Shown in pieces: positions 9,635 through 19,854 of a DNA stretch of 64,000 nt (position 1 is its first letter; each line of letters begins with the position of its first letter). Position numbers and translations under genes: made by a program. Under the pieces are notes generated by a model. That model was not told where the DNA came from, made no database searches, and worked only from the letters and a program-made list of their open reading frames with translations. Source of the DNA: a bacterium (GTDB lineage Bacteria > Electryoneota > Electryoneia > Electryoneales > Electryoneaceae); assembly GCA_963675295.2 (NCBI GenBank), contig CAXXKJ010000002.1:1248001-1312000 (forward strand), written 5' to 3'.

Positions 9635-12352
9635 ATGACCAGAAACTATCGTCAGCCTGTGTTCGCCGTCCTGCTTGCCGTCACGGCGTTTTTGCTCGTG
9701 TTCACCACTTCAGCTTTCGCCGGGGACATGCCCGCGATGGAGGCGGCGGACGCCGCGCATGATTCGTTGCGTCTCCGTTGGGCACGGTCGGACGGGTTCG
9801 AACACGCCGTGATGTCGGAGCAGCTCGGGGTCTGGGCGTACGATCCGGACTATGTGCTGCCGGGCGAGTGGAACGATCGCATCCAGGCGATCTACGAGAT
9901 CGCGATGTTGTCCGGGCGGCGGTTCGAGGTGGAACGACCGGGGTATCTCGCACGTCGTGGCGAGCCGGTGTTGCCGAGTGGGGTCCACTGGAGCAAGGCG
10001 CTCAGCGAACTGCACCGGGTGCTGTTGACGGAACGGTTCGAACGTCTCGACGACGCCTATTTCATGACGTGGACGGTGTTGCCGTCGATTCAGCAGCTGG
10101 CGTATGGCGAGCTGGCGATGCGGCGGCAGGAGGCCGATTCCGCGTTGATCGCCTTTTCGCTGGCGAAATACTACGCGCCGCACCCTCGTGTCGCGGGCGA
10201 GGCGACGGTCGGGATCGCGCGCGCGTTATATCAGAAGCGCGATTTCCAGGCGGCGCTGGACACGTTGCAGACGAACCTCGACCGGGGTGCGTTTGGTGCG
10301 GATGCGTTGCACTGGATGGGCTGGACACTGGTTCGGTTAGGACGTGTACGCGAGGCGACATCGTTGTTCCAGCTCGCGGTGGAAATCAACCCGTTGCACG
10401 AGCGCGCGCACTACATGCTCGGCAATGGCTATGCGCCCTACAACTACAGTCAGCTTGCGTACGAGTACCCGCACATTGTGCCGGAAGGGTCGGCGGCGGA
10501 ACGGTTGGAATCGGCGAAACAGCACCTGCGCGACGGCGAACGTGACCTCGCGCTGGCCACGCTGCAGTCGCTGGCTCTGGCACAACCGGCGCTGGTTGAG
10601 CCACGGGTGATCCTCGCCGAATTGTCGTGGATGCAGGGCAGCTACGACACCTCCGAACGGTTGCTGTTCGAAGCGCTGGAATCGTGTCCGGATTACGGCC
10701 GTGCCCATGCCGTGCTCGCACGGGTGCAGGAGATGCGGCGGTTGCAGCAGTCGGCACGCCGACAGGCGGTGCGTGATTCTATCCTCGCCAAGCCGATGGC
10801 GAAAATTGACGGCATTGAAACGTTCATCAGCAACTGGGACGCGCTCAATCCTGAGCTGAAGAAGATTGTCGCCAGTGCGGTGGAACCGTGGGCGGCGTTT
10901 GTCCCAGCGCTCAACGCCGCCGGGCAGACGCACTACATAAAACCGATGTATCAACTGCTGTCCGAAGCGCCGCACATGGAGTCGCTCAAGGATCAGCGCA
11001 TCAATCTCGATTCGCGCCTCTGGGATGATGTGCGCGGGGTCGGCGGTTTCCACAGCGTCACCGGTGTCGAAGATGTCCGTCGCATGGCGTACGGCGGCTA
11101 CAACACGCTGGTTCACGAGCTGACACACCAGGTTCACGGCATCTTCACCCCGGAGCAGCGGGAAGAGGTGGACGACCTCTACCGCGCCGCGAAGAACCGT
11201 GACGAAGCCGGTGTCGAGACCTTCATGAGCCGCTACCAGGCGTCCACGGTCTGGGAGTATTTCGCGGAAGGGGTGAACGCGTACGTCACGCAACGCATCG
11301 ACGAAAACGACGAACGCGAGATGCTGCATGACCGGCTGCATCGTCTCGATCCACAGCTGGAAAGCCTGGTGATTGATCTGCTGGCGGTGGACGATGTACG
11401 CGAAAATGTCGCCGTCGCACGCACCAATGCCGCGTTGCAGAACCTGGAAACCGGTGATGCCGACTCCTCCTGGGCGGAGCTCGCCCGGATCGACAACGAG
11501 TGGGCGGAGAAGCCGTACGTGCTCAGCGCGCGCGGGTATGTCGCGTCGATTCTGGATCGTGACGCGACCGCCGTCGAGGCCGGTCGGCGATTCGTCTGGC
11601 TGTATCCCCGTGACGGAGACTCGTGGACCACGCTCGCGTCCGCGTTGCAGTTCGCGCCAGGTGCGGGGGACACGTTGCCCGATTCGTTAGCGACGCCGTT
11701 GGCCGTGATGCAAGCCGGAGTGCGCAATGCCGGAAGCAGCGACGCGATCGAGGTACGTTTGGCGTTGGCCCGGTACGCGCATCAGGCGGGTGAGTTTGCC
11801 GAGGCGATTGCCCAGTGTGACACCGTGCTCAGCGACCTGCAGCCGAACCACCCGACGGCCCTGTGGCAACGCGCCAACAGCCGTGCGCGGTCGGCGTGGC
11901 AAACTGGGTCGATGGATTCAGCACGATTCGACGAGGCGGTTGCGGATTACGAAGCGGCGATCATGCAACGTAGCGGCGTGATGGAGTTGCGGTTGGATTA
12001 CGCGCGCGATCTGTTACTGGAGGGCAGCTTCGACGAGGCAGACAAGCAAATCCGTGAGGCGGAAACGTTGCATCCGAACGATCCGTTGCCGATGACCTAC
12101 CGCGCCGTGTGGTTGCGTGCAACGGGCGACGTCGAAGCCAGCGACCATTTGTTCTCGGACGCGCTGGCGATGGAACCCGCCCCGGACGACGCGATCATCT
12201 TCGCCGCGTACTACGGTATCGTCGACGCTCGCACGGTGGCGACCCTGATTAATCAGTGGGAGTCGGACGGCCCGGCGTACGTTTACAACCCACGCCAGTA
12301 CCGCTACGAAGCGCGGCAGGTGGTGCAACCGTGGATGCGAATACTGGATTGA
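9635..12352 (+). CDS. Secreted TPR-repeat protein with central zincin metallopeptidase domain
   Basis: Signal peptide ending SAFA; TPR-like helices either side of LVHELTHQVH and WEYFAEG. Confidence 0.75.
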   Translation: MTRNYRQPVFAVLLAVTAFLLVFTTSAFAGDMPAMEAADAAHDSLRLRWARSDGFEHAVMSEQLGVWAYDPDYVLPGEWNDRIQAIYEIAMLSGRRFEVERPGYLARRGEPVLPSGVHWSKALSELHRVLLTERFERLDDAYFMTWTVLPSIQQLAYGELAMRRQEADSALIAFSLAKYYAPHPRVAGEATVGIARALYQKRDFQAALDTLQTNLDRGAFGADALHWMGWTLVRLGRVREATSLFQLAVEINPLHERAHYMLGNGYAPYNYSQLAYEYPHIVPEGSAAERLESAKQHLRDGERDLALATLQSLALAQPALVEPRVILAELSWMQGSYDTSERLLFEALESCPDYGRAHAVLARVQEMRRLQQSARRQAVRDSILAKPMAKIDGIETFISNWDALNPELKKIVASAVEPWAAFVPALNAAGQTHYIKPMYQLLSEAPHMESLKDQRINLDSRLWDDVRGVGGFHSVTGVEDVRRMAYGGYNTLVHELTHQVHGIFTPEQREEVDDLYRAAKNRDEAGVETFMSRYQASTVWEYFAEGVNAYVTQRIDENDEREMLHDRLHRLDPQLESLVIDLLAVDDVRENVAVARTNAALQNLETGDADSSWAELARIDNEWAEKPYVLSARGYVASILDRDATAVEAGRRFVWLYPRDGDSWTTLASALQFAPGAGDTLPDSLATPLAVMQAGVRNAGSSDAIEVRLALARYAHQAGEFAEAIAQCDTVLSDLQPNHPTALWQRANSRARSAWQTGSMDSARFDEAVADYEAAIMQRSGVMELRLDYARDLLLEGSFDEADKQIREAETLHPNDPLPMTYRAVWLRATGDVEASDHLFSDALAMEPAPDDAIIFAAYYGIVDARTVATLINQWESDGPAYVYNPRQYRYEARQVVQPWMRILD

Positions 12353-12360
12353 GATCAAGC

Positions 12361-12397
12361 TGAAGCCCGGGCTCATCGAACCCGGGCTTCATTTTTT
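12361..12397 (+). terminator. Intrinsic terminator between convergent genes
   Basis: TGAAGCCCGGG...CCCGGGCTTCA followed by a T-tract. Confidence 0.75.
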
Positions 12398-12432
12398 AGC
12401 TCACAACTCATGGCTCATCACTCAGAACTGGT

Positions 12433-13140
12433 TTACTGAATCCCCTTCCCGAAGCGCTCCAACCGTGGTCCATCCAGCACATCCGGCCAGTGCCAGGACA
12501 TCGCGACGCCGACCACGCGTCCGATGATCGCATCGTCCTCGACCGGCCCGAAGTAGCGGCTGTCGAGCGAATTGTCACGGTTGTCGCCCATCAGGAAAAC
12601 CATGCCCTCGGGGACGGTGTACGGTCCCCAGTTGTCCCGGTTGCCCAGAGCGCGCGGGATGCCCGGTTGCGGGTAGCCGTCCGGGATGAGACGCTCGTCC
12701 AGATGCACGCCCTGCAGTTCGTCGGGCGCGCGTTCGCCGTCCACATACAGCACCTTGTCTCTGAGCTCGAGGATCTGGCCGGCGGTTGCGGCGACGCGTT
12801 TGACGTATGGCGTCATCTCATCCATCGGCGTCTCGACGACGACCACGTCACCGGATTCGACATCACGCAGCCCCGGCAGCTTCATCGCGGGAACGTGGAA
12901 TCCGAGCTTGGTGTATGGGACGCCGATCCAGTGGGGGGTGCGTGGCCCGAGGCTGACTTTTTCCGCGACGACCATGTCGCCAGGGAGGATGGTGTGTTCC
13001 ATTGAACCAGTCGGAACGTGGTACGCCTGCACCAGCCCGACCTGGATGACGGTGACCATGAGAATAACAAACGCCAGATCCTTCAAGCCCTGGAGGATGC
13101 TGGCGCGCCAGTTGATCGGGGTTTTGTCTGTCTTTGGCAT
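12433..13140 (-). CDS. lepB: Signal peptidase I
   Basis: VPTGSMEHTI, YVKRV, MGDNRDNSLDSRYFG. Confidence 0.93.
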   Translation of the reverse strand: MPKTDKTPINWRASILQGLKDLAFVILMVTVIQVGLVQAYHVPTGSMEHTILPGDMVVAEKVSLGPRTPHWIGVPYTKLGFHVPAMKLPGLRDVESGDVVVVETPMDEMTPYVKRVAATAGQILELRDKVLYVDGERAPDELQGVHLDERLIPDGYPQPGIPRALGNRDNWGPYTVPEGMVFLMGDNRDNSLDSRYFGPVEDDAIIGRVVGVAMSWHWPDVLDGPRLERFGKGIQ

Positions 13141-13365
13141 TGCTGCTCCACAAGTGTGGTTGGTCCTGCTTTTCTCCACTCGTTGGAGCGTGATTTGTTC
13201 CTCCGGGTTACAGCTTTTGATAGCCTGGAGAAGTCCCTCATACCTCACACCTCATACCTCACACCCGTCTCTCCCCTTGCCTGCGTGAAACCGTGGGCCT
13301 ACGTTGCGCGTTCGATGTGGGACACCGCGCACGCGGCCAAACGACAACCCGAAAGCCGAACCATC

Positions 13366-14358
13366 ATGCCCGACCGTGACGATCTGCAAACCCTTGAACG
13401 TGTCGCCCAGGCACGTCAGATCCTGAAAGACCAGCTGGCCAATGTCATCATCGGCCAGCATCATGTCATCGATCACCTGCTCGTATCGTTGTTGTGCAAA
13501 GGCCACGTGCTGCTGGTCGGTGTACCGGGGCTGGCGAAAACGTTGCTCATTCGCAGCCTGGCGGACGTGCTCGAGTTGAGCTTCAACCGTATCCAGTTCA
13601 CACCGGACCTGATGCCGACCGACATCACCGGCACCGAGGTGATCGAGGAGAACCGCACCACCGGCCGCAAGGAATTCCGCTTTGTGCAGGGCCCGTTGTT
13701 CGCGCAGGTAGTCCTTGCGGACGAGATCAACCGTACCCCGCCGAAGACGCAGGCGGCATTGCTGCAGGCGATGCAGGAGCATGAGGTCAGCGCGGCGGGG
13801 CAGACGTTCACCCTCGAGGAACCGTTCTTCGTGCTCGCGACGCAGAACCCGATCGAGCAGGAGGGAACCTACCCGTTGCCGGAAGCCCAGCTTGACCGCT
13901 TCATGTTCATGCTGAAGGTGGAATACCCAAGCGCGGCGGAGGAGTTGGAAATCATCACCCGCACCACCGCTGGCGACGCGAAACAGCTGAGCGTGGTGAT
14001 GAAGGGCGACGAGATCCAGGAGCTTCAGGGCCTGGTGCGGCGTGTGCCGGTCGCGGACACGGTGCTGAAGTATGCCGTCGCGTTAACACGGGCCACCCGT
14101 CCCGCCGAGGACGACGCGCCGGACTTCATCAAGAACTGGGTGCGATGGGGCGCGGGTCCGCGTGCCGGGCAGAACCTGATCCTCGGTGCGAAAGCGCGTG
14201 CGGTGCTGGATGGCCGTCCGACTCCGGAAGTCGCGGACGTGCAGGAATTGGCGAAACCGGTGTTGCGTCACCGGATTGTGCGCTCGTTCCGTGCCGAAGC
14301 GGACGCCATCGAGACCGACGACATTATCGAGAAGCTGCTCAAGACGATAAAGGTGTAG
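13366..14358 (+). CDS. MoxR family AAA+ ATPase
   Basis: GVPGLAKT, RIQFTPDLMP, LADEINR, ATQNPIEQEGTYPLPEAQLDRF. Confidence 0.95.
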   Translation: MPDRDDLQTLERVAQARQILKDQLANVIIGQHHVIDHLLVSLLCKGHVLLVGVPGLAKTLLIRSLADVLELSFNRIQFTPDLMPTDITGTEVIEENRTTGRKEFRFVQGPLFAQVVLADEINRTPPKTQAALLQAMQEHEVSAAGQTFTLEEPFFVLATQNPIEQEGTYPLPEAQLDRFMFMLKVEYPSAAEELEIITRTTAGDAKQLSVVMKGDEIQELQGLVRRVPVADTVLKYAVALTRATRPAEDDAPDFIKNWVRWGAGPRAGQNLILGAKARAVLDGRPTPEVADVQELAKPVLRHRIVRSFRAEADAIETDDIIEKLLKTIKV

Positions 14359-14473
14359 GTATGGGGACAGTCGGAAAAGAAGTACTGAGTACAACTGAAG
14401 TACGAAGTGAAAAGAAGTACTGAGTCGAGAAGAAGTCGAAAGTCGCAAAGAAGTACAGAGACTGAGCGAGCAT

Positions 14474-14503
14474 CGGGGACACTTACTCCGCTAAGTGTCC
14501 CCG
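14474..14503. repeat. CGGGGACAC...GTGTCCCCG hairpin family
   Basis: Also at 19862-19892 and 63038-63075, with different inner stems that still pair. Confidence 0.75.
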
Positions 14504-14725
14504 TTTTATTTGTCTTCAACACGTCCGAGTTCCGACTACCGTTTTTTCACCCATCCACACCCTCCCAGGTTGTTTCTTCTTTTCCTCACACCTCACACCT
14601 CACACCTCACACTTGCCTTTCGAGGCATCAACTTTGCAGTTAGGATAACCGAACTATTCCGCTGCTCCAGCGTGAAACAGGGCAGTGGACGACGGTGAAC
14701 CTTGAGACTGAGAGAGGTTGAGACG

Positions 14726-15517
14726 ATGAAACGGATGATGACTGGACTTACGCTGCTGGCGGCGGTGCTGTTGACCGTGTCGCCGGGGTATGCGTTGAAT
14801 GTCGGCGAGATGGCGCCGGACTTCACGTTGCAGGACACGGACGGCAACTGGCACACCCTGTCCGATTACGAGGGCAAGGTGGTGTTCCTCTTCTTCATGG
14901 GTGCCACGTGAGGCATCTGCCGGTCCCAGGCTGGGGCTGAAGAAGACAATATCTGGCAGGAATACATGGACGATCCGAACTTCGTCATGTTCGGACTGGA
15001 CCGCTGGGATCTGCCCGCGCCGTCGGTTGTCGACTTCGCGGATGATACCGGCTGCACATTCCCGTTCCTGACGATGGCGTACGAAACCGGGCTGGACTAC
15101 GAGAACAATATGAAGTACTGGGTGGTGGATTCGGAAGGGCTGATCGCCTACGAGTCCGGCACTCATGAACAGGACATTCCGGCGCAGCAAACCGCGATCG
15201 AAGCGGCGTTGTCGACGCTCGATGTGGACGAACCCGCGCCACGTGAACAGCCGTCGGAGTTTGTGTTGCTGAACGCCTACCCGAACCCGTTCAACAGCAG
15301 TGTGACAGTCAGCATGGAGCTGCCGGCGAGCGAAACAGTCCGTGTCAGCGTGCTGGACCTGCTCGGCCGTGAGCTGGCGGTGTTGCTGAATAACCGCCGC
15401 AACGCAGGCCAGACCGAGTTGAGCTGGGCACCGATGAATTTGGCGACGGGCGTCTACCTGCTGCGTGTGCAGGGCGAATCCTTCGCGGTGACGCGCAAGC
15501 TGATGTACCTGAAGTAG
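14726..15517 (+). CDS. Secreted selenocysteine-containing redoxin (AhpC/TSA-like, UxxC) with C-terminal sorting domain
   Basis: Signal peptide; VGEMAPDFTL...GKVVFLFFMGAT-TGA(14909-14911)-GIC; frame continues into ORF 14966-15517 ending in AYPNPFN...KLMYLK; hairpin just 3' of UGA. Confidence 0.85.
14916..14943 (+). promoter_or_regulatory. Bacterial SECIS-like hairpin
   Basis: CGGUCCCA-GGC-UGGGGCUG stem; G-starting apical loop begins 17 nt after the UGA. Confidence 0.6.
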
Positions 15518-15981
15518 CACAGTCGCGGCGATGACCGCGTTGAAAGACATCCCAACCCCGTCCATCTGGCCGGGGTTTTCTCGTACCCGTTTGAGCAGGT
15601 GGTCCGGTAGCGAACGCTGAAATTGATCCATAACGATACGAGTTAGTGTATCGTATTTAAACGAAAACCACATCATCTCTCCGAAGAGCCCTCCTGAAAC
15701 TGAGTATAACCAAAATTTCCGAAAACCGTCTTTGTTCGTTCAGGGCTTGGTTGTTCATGGGATGGCTTGACAGAATTTCGGATATTTATCGTATTAAAGG
15801 AGTACGAATCAGCAGTCGCTCCGCAAAAACTGGCACGCTGTCTGTACTACACCCACCCGACAAGCAAATCAGGCCTCCGCCGTTCGTGGCGGATGCAGCT
15901 AGACGGCGAATCCGTGAACAATCCTTGTGGGAAGGTTGGGATTCGTCATAAACAGACGGTCAACTTTTTAGGAGGACTGCC

Positions 15982-18900
15982 ATGATGAAGTGGCTGCGTG
16001 ACCTGAACAACACTCGCAAAACGATGTTGTTTATTGTGCCCCTGCTGGCGCTGTTGCTGGTGGTGAGTGGGTGCGATGATGATGACGATGATAACAACAA
16101 CGGCGTAGCGCCGGAGCCGGAAAGCGCTCAGCTGCGTGTGACGCATTTAAGCCCGGATGCTCCCCCGGTGGACATCTACGTTGACGGCGCGATGGTGCTG
16201 AGCAACGTCGACTACCTCGCGGTCAGTGAGTATCTCGAATTGGACGCCGGCATGCACAACGTGCAGGTGTACGCGACCGGCACAACAGACAACGCCGTGA
16301 TTGACGCCGACGTCAGCCTGATGGGTGAGATGGCGTACACCGTCGCCGCGGTTGGAAAGCTGGACAACATCCAGCCGGCGGTTTACGAAGACATGACCGA
16401 ACCCGGCGAAGATGTGATGCTGCGGTTCGTGCACGCCTCCCCGGACGCTCCGGCGGTGGACATCACTGATATGGACGGCAACGTGATCTTCGAGAACGTG
16501 TCGTTCACCGAAGCTGGCAACTACATCACTGTTCCGGAAGCCCAGTACAACCTGCAGGTGCGGGTCGCGGGCACGGAGACGATCGTGCTCACGCTCAGCA
16601 ACGTGATGCTGAACGCTGAGACGAACTACACGGTCTGGGCGGTTGGCCTGGCGGCTGAAGAAGGCGAAATGGGCCTGATGGCGGTCGCGACGGCGGAAAC
16701 CGGATCCGGTTCCACCTCGATGGTGCTGCCGACCGACACCGCGCTGCTGCGTGTCAGCCACCTGAGCCCGGACGCTCCCCCGGTGGACGTCTACGTTGAC
16801 AGCCGTAAGGTGCTGGAAAATGTGGCGTACCTCGGTGTCAGCAACTACCTGACGGTTGGTGCGGGTACGCGCAATGTGCAGGTGTACGCCACCGGTACGA
16901 TGGATAACGCAGTAATCGACGCCGATGTGACCGTGTCTATGGACATGGCGTACACGGTGGCTGCGGTTGGCGAACTGGCCAACATTCAGCCGGCGGTGTA
17001 CATGGATGATCGCACTCCGGCGGGCGACGTAAAGGTGCGCTTCATCCACACCTCCCCGAACGCTCCGGCGGTGGACATCACACTCGCCGACGGCACCCCG
17101 TTGTTTGAGAACGTCAGCTTCCCGGAAGCGGCAGAGTTCATCAACGTTACCGGCGGAACGTATGACCTGCAGGTTCGCGCCGCGGGCACGGACAACGTGG
17201 TCATTGGCTTCAACGGTGTCGGCCTCAGCGACGGTGACGTGGTCACCATCTGGGCGGTTGGCAAGCTGAACGGCGCTGAAGCGGAAATGCTGAAGGCCGT
17301 GGCGACGATTGACGCCCCGGGCAACGGCGCGGACGCGACCGTGATCACGCCGGACATGGCGAGTGTGCGTGTCGCGCACCTCAGCCCGGACGCTCCGGCG
17401 GTGGATGTTTACGTCGATGGCATGATGGTGCTGGAAGGTGTGGGTTACCTCGGCCTCAGCCCGTACCTGATGGTCAACAGCGGTTCGCGTCAGATTCAGG
17501 TCTTCGCGACCGGCACGGACAGCGATCCGGTGATAGATGCCGTGGTCAGCGTCGAAACCGACATGGCGTACACCGTTGCCGCGACCGGTTCGCTGGGCGA
17601 CAATGACCTCGCACCGATCGTGACCATGGACAGCCGTGAGACGGATAGTGGCGTTCAGGTTCGCTTCGCGCACACCTCCCCCGACGCGCCGGAAGTCGAC
17701 ATCACCCTGCCGGACGGCACGGTTCTGTTCGACAACGTCAATTTCCGTGAACTCAGCCCGGCGGACGGTTATGCCAGCCTCGGCGCCGGTACCTACGATC
17801 TGCAGGTTCGCACCAGCGACGGTGAGACCATTGTGCAGACCTTCGAAGATGTTGAACTGAGCAACGAAACCACGATCACCGTCTGGGCGGTGGACTTCCT
17901 CGCCGACGATGGCCTCGTGCGCGCCGTGGTGACGCGGGATGCCTTCGAGGATGGATCGACCGCTGCCGTGCTGACTGGTGTCGAATACGTTCCGCCGATG
18001 GCTGAGGTTCGTGTCAGCCACCTGAGCCCGGATGCACCGAATGTGGACGTCTATGTGGACGGCGCGATGGTGCTGGAGAATGTGGCTTACCTCGGCGTTA
18101 GCCCGTACCTCGAGGTTGAAGCGGGTGACCGCCAGGTGCAGGTGTTCGTGACCGGAACGAACAGCGATCCGGTGATTGACGCGACCCTGTCCTTCGAGAT
18201 GGACATGGCGTACACCGTCGCCGCGATCGGTTCGATTGACCTCGGCAACTTCGGCCCGGCGGTCAGCATGGACCAGCGCGACGGTGACAGCAACGTGCAG
18301 GCTCGTTTCGTGCACGCTTCCCCGGACGCCCCGGAAGTTGACATCACGTTGACTGACGGCACGGTCCTATTTGACAACGTTGACTTCGGTGAATTTTCGC
18401 CGGGTACGGATGCATACGCCGGTCTTGATGGCGGTACCTACGATCTGCAGGTTCGCACCAGTGATGGCATGACCATCGTGCAGCAGATTGACGGCGTCAG
18501 CCTCAGTGACGGCACGGTCTACACCCTGTGGGCGGTGGACTTCCTCAGCGATGATGGCTTGGTTCGCGTTGCCGCGACCGAGGACAACATCGCGGACGGA
18601 AGCAACGTTGGCCTGCTTGAAGGCTATGTCCCGATGGCCGAGCTGCGTGTTGGGCACCTGAGCCCGGACGCGCCGAACGTGGACGTCTATTTCGCTGGTG
18701 AGATGGTGCTTCAGAACGTGCCGTACCTGACCGTCAGCGACTATCTCGAAATCCCGGCTGGTACCAGCCAGGTCCAGGTCTTCGCCACTGGTGACATGGG
18801 CAGCCCGGTCATTGACGAGATGCTCACGTTCAATACCAGCATGGCGTACACCGTTGCCGCGATCGGTTCCATCGGCGAAGGCAACTTCCAGCCGGTGGTG

Positions 18901-19854
18901 ACGAACGATTCGCGCATGGGCAACGGCGAACCGTGGGTGCGTTTCGTGCACGCCTCGCCGGATGCTCCGGCGGTGGATGTCACCACGTTCACCGGTTCGT
19001 TCCTCGCGGACAATCTTGATTTCTCGGATGTGCAGGGCTACAGCGCGTTCAACGACATGGTCTATGACCTGTTCCTGCGTCCCGCCGGGACTGATGATGT
19101 CGCGGCCGGGTTCGCCGGGGTGCCGTTCGTCAGCAATACGAACATCACCATCTGGGTGGTTGGCTTCCTCGGTGGCGAGGGCAACGAGGCGCTGAAGGCA
19201 GTCATCACGGAAGAGACGATGGGCGGCATGTCGCCGATCGTGGCGGATGTGTCGGGCCTGACCGAGGTTCGTGTCGGTCACCTGAGCCCGGATGCTCCGG
19301 CGGTGAACGTCTACATCGACGGCATGATGGCGGTCGGGAATGCGTCCTACAAGGATGTCACTGGCTACCTCACGCTGACCGAAGGCGCGCACATGGTTGA
19401 GATCGAGCTGACCGACGGTACGCCGGTCTTGATGGAAACCGTGATGCCGGAAGCGGGCAACGCGTACACCGTCGCGGCGATTGGTTTCGCCGGTGGTGGC
19501 ATGAACCCGCTGATGCTGAACACGTGGATGGACGACCGGATGACAACCGGCGAGGCGAAGCTGCGGTTCGTGCACACCTCCCCGGACGCTCCGGCGGTGG
19601 ATGTGGGCGTGACCGATGGTCCGATCCTGTTCATGGATACGGCGTATCCGGAAGCGGCGGATGAGGGCTACATCGGAGTCGCCGGCGGCAGCTACAACCT
19701 GTCGGTGTACCTGTCCGGCACGGACACCGAGGTGTTGAGCCTGACCGATGTCGCCGTCATGGGTGGCACCAACTACAGCGTGTTCGCGATTGGCACCGCT
19801 GATGCGGAAGATGAGATTCCGCTGGAAGCGCTGATCGTGATCGATGCTGAGTAA
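15982..19854 (+). CDS. Large lipoprotein with six tandem DUF4397-like modules
   Basis: Lipobox VSG-C then acidic run; six HLSPDAP and six H(A/T)SP(D/N)AP motifs; AGGAGG RBS. Confidence 0.85.
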   Translation: MMKWLRDLNNTRKTMLFIVPLLALLLVVSGCDDDDDDNNNGVAPEPESAQLRVTHLSPDAPPVDIYVDGAMVLSNVDYLAVSEYLELDAGMHNVQVYATGTTDNAVIDADVSLMGEMAYTVAAVGKLDNIQPAVYEDMTEPGEDVMLRFVHASPDAPAVDITDMDGNVIFENVSFTEAGNYITVPEAQYNLQVRVAGTETIVLTLSNVMLNAETNYTVWAVGLAAEEGEMGLMAVATAETGSGSTSMVLPTDTALLRVSHLSPDAPPVDVYVDSRKVLENVAYLGVSNYLTVGAGTRNVQVYATGTMDNAVIDADVTVSMDMAYTVAAVGELANIQPAVYMDDRTPAGDVKVRFIHTSPNAPAVDITLADGTPLFENVSFPEAAEFINVTGGTYDLQVRAAGTDNVVIGFNGVGLSDGDVVTIWAVGKLNGAEAEMLKAVATIDAPGNGADATVITPDMASVRVAHLSPDAPAVDVYVDGMMVLEGVGYLGLSPYLMVNSGSRQIQVFATGTDSDPVIDAVVSVETDMAYTVAATGSLGDNDLAPIVTMDSRETDSGVQVRFAHTSPDAPEVDITLPDGTVLFDNVNFRELSPADGYASLGAGTYDLQVRTSDGETIVQTFEDVELSNETTITVWAVDFLADDGLVRAVVTRDAFEDGSTAAVLTGVEYVPPMAEVRVSHLSPDAPNVDVYVDGAMVLENVAYLGVSPYLEVEAGDRQVQVFVTGTNSDPVIDATLSFEMDMAYTVAAIGSIDLGNFGPAVSMDQRDGDSNVQARFVHASPDAPEVDITLTDGTVLFDNVDFGEFSPGTDAYAGLDGGTYDLQVRTSDGMTIVQQIDGVSLSDGTVYTLWAVDFLSDDGLVRVAATEDNIADGSNVGLLEGYVPMAELRVGHLSPDAPNVDVYFAGEMVLQNVPYLTVSDYLEIPAGTSQVQVFATGDMGSPVIDEMLTFNTSMAYTVAAIGSIGEGNFQPVVTNDSRMGNGEPWVRFVHASPDAPAVDVTTFTGSFLADNLDFSDVQGYSAFNDMVYDLFLRPAGTDDVAAGFAGVPFVSNTNITIWVVGFLGGEGNEALKAVITEETMGGMSPIVADVSGLTEVRVGHLSPDAPAVNVYIDGMMAVGNASYKDVTGYLTLTEGAHMVEIELTDGTPVLMETVMPEAGNAYTVAAIGFAGGGMNPLMLNTWMDDRMTTGEAKLRFVHTSPDAPAVDVGVTDGPILFMDTAYPEAADEGYIGVAGGSYNLSVYLSGTDTEVLSLTDVAVMGGTNYSVFAIGTADAEDEIPLEALIVIDAE

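Noticed and set aside
13366-14358. MoxR lacking DUF58/vWA neighbours as a novel system
   Set aside because: Partners are often encoded elsewhere; nothing else here supports a special role
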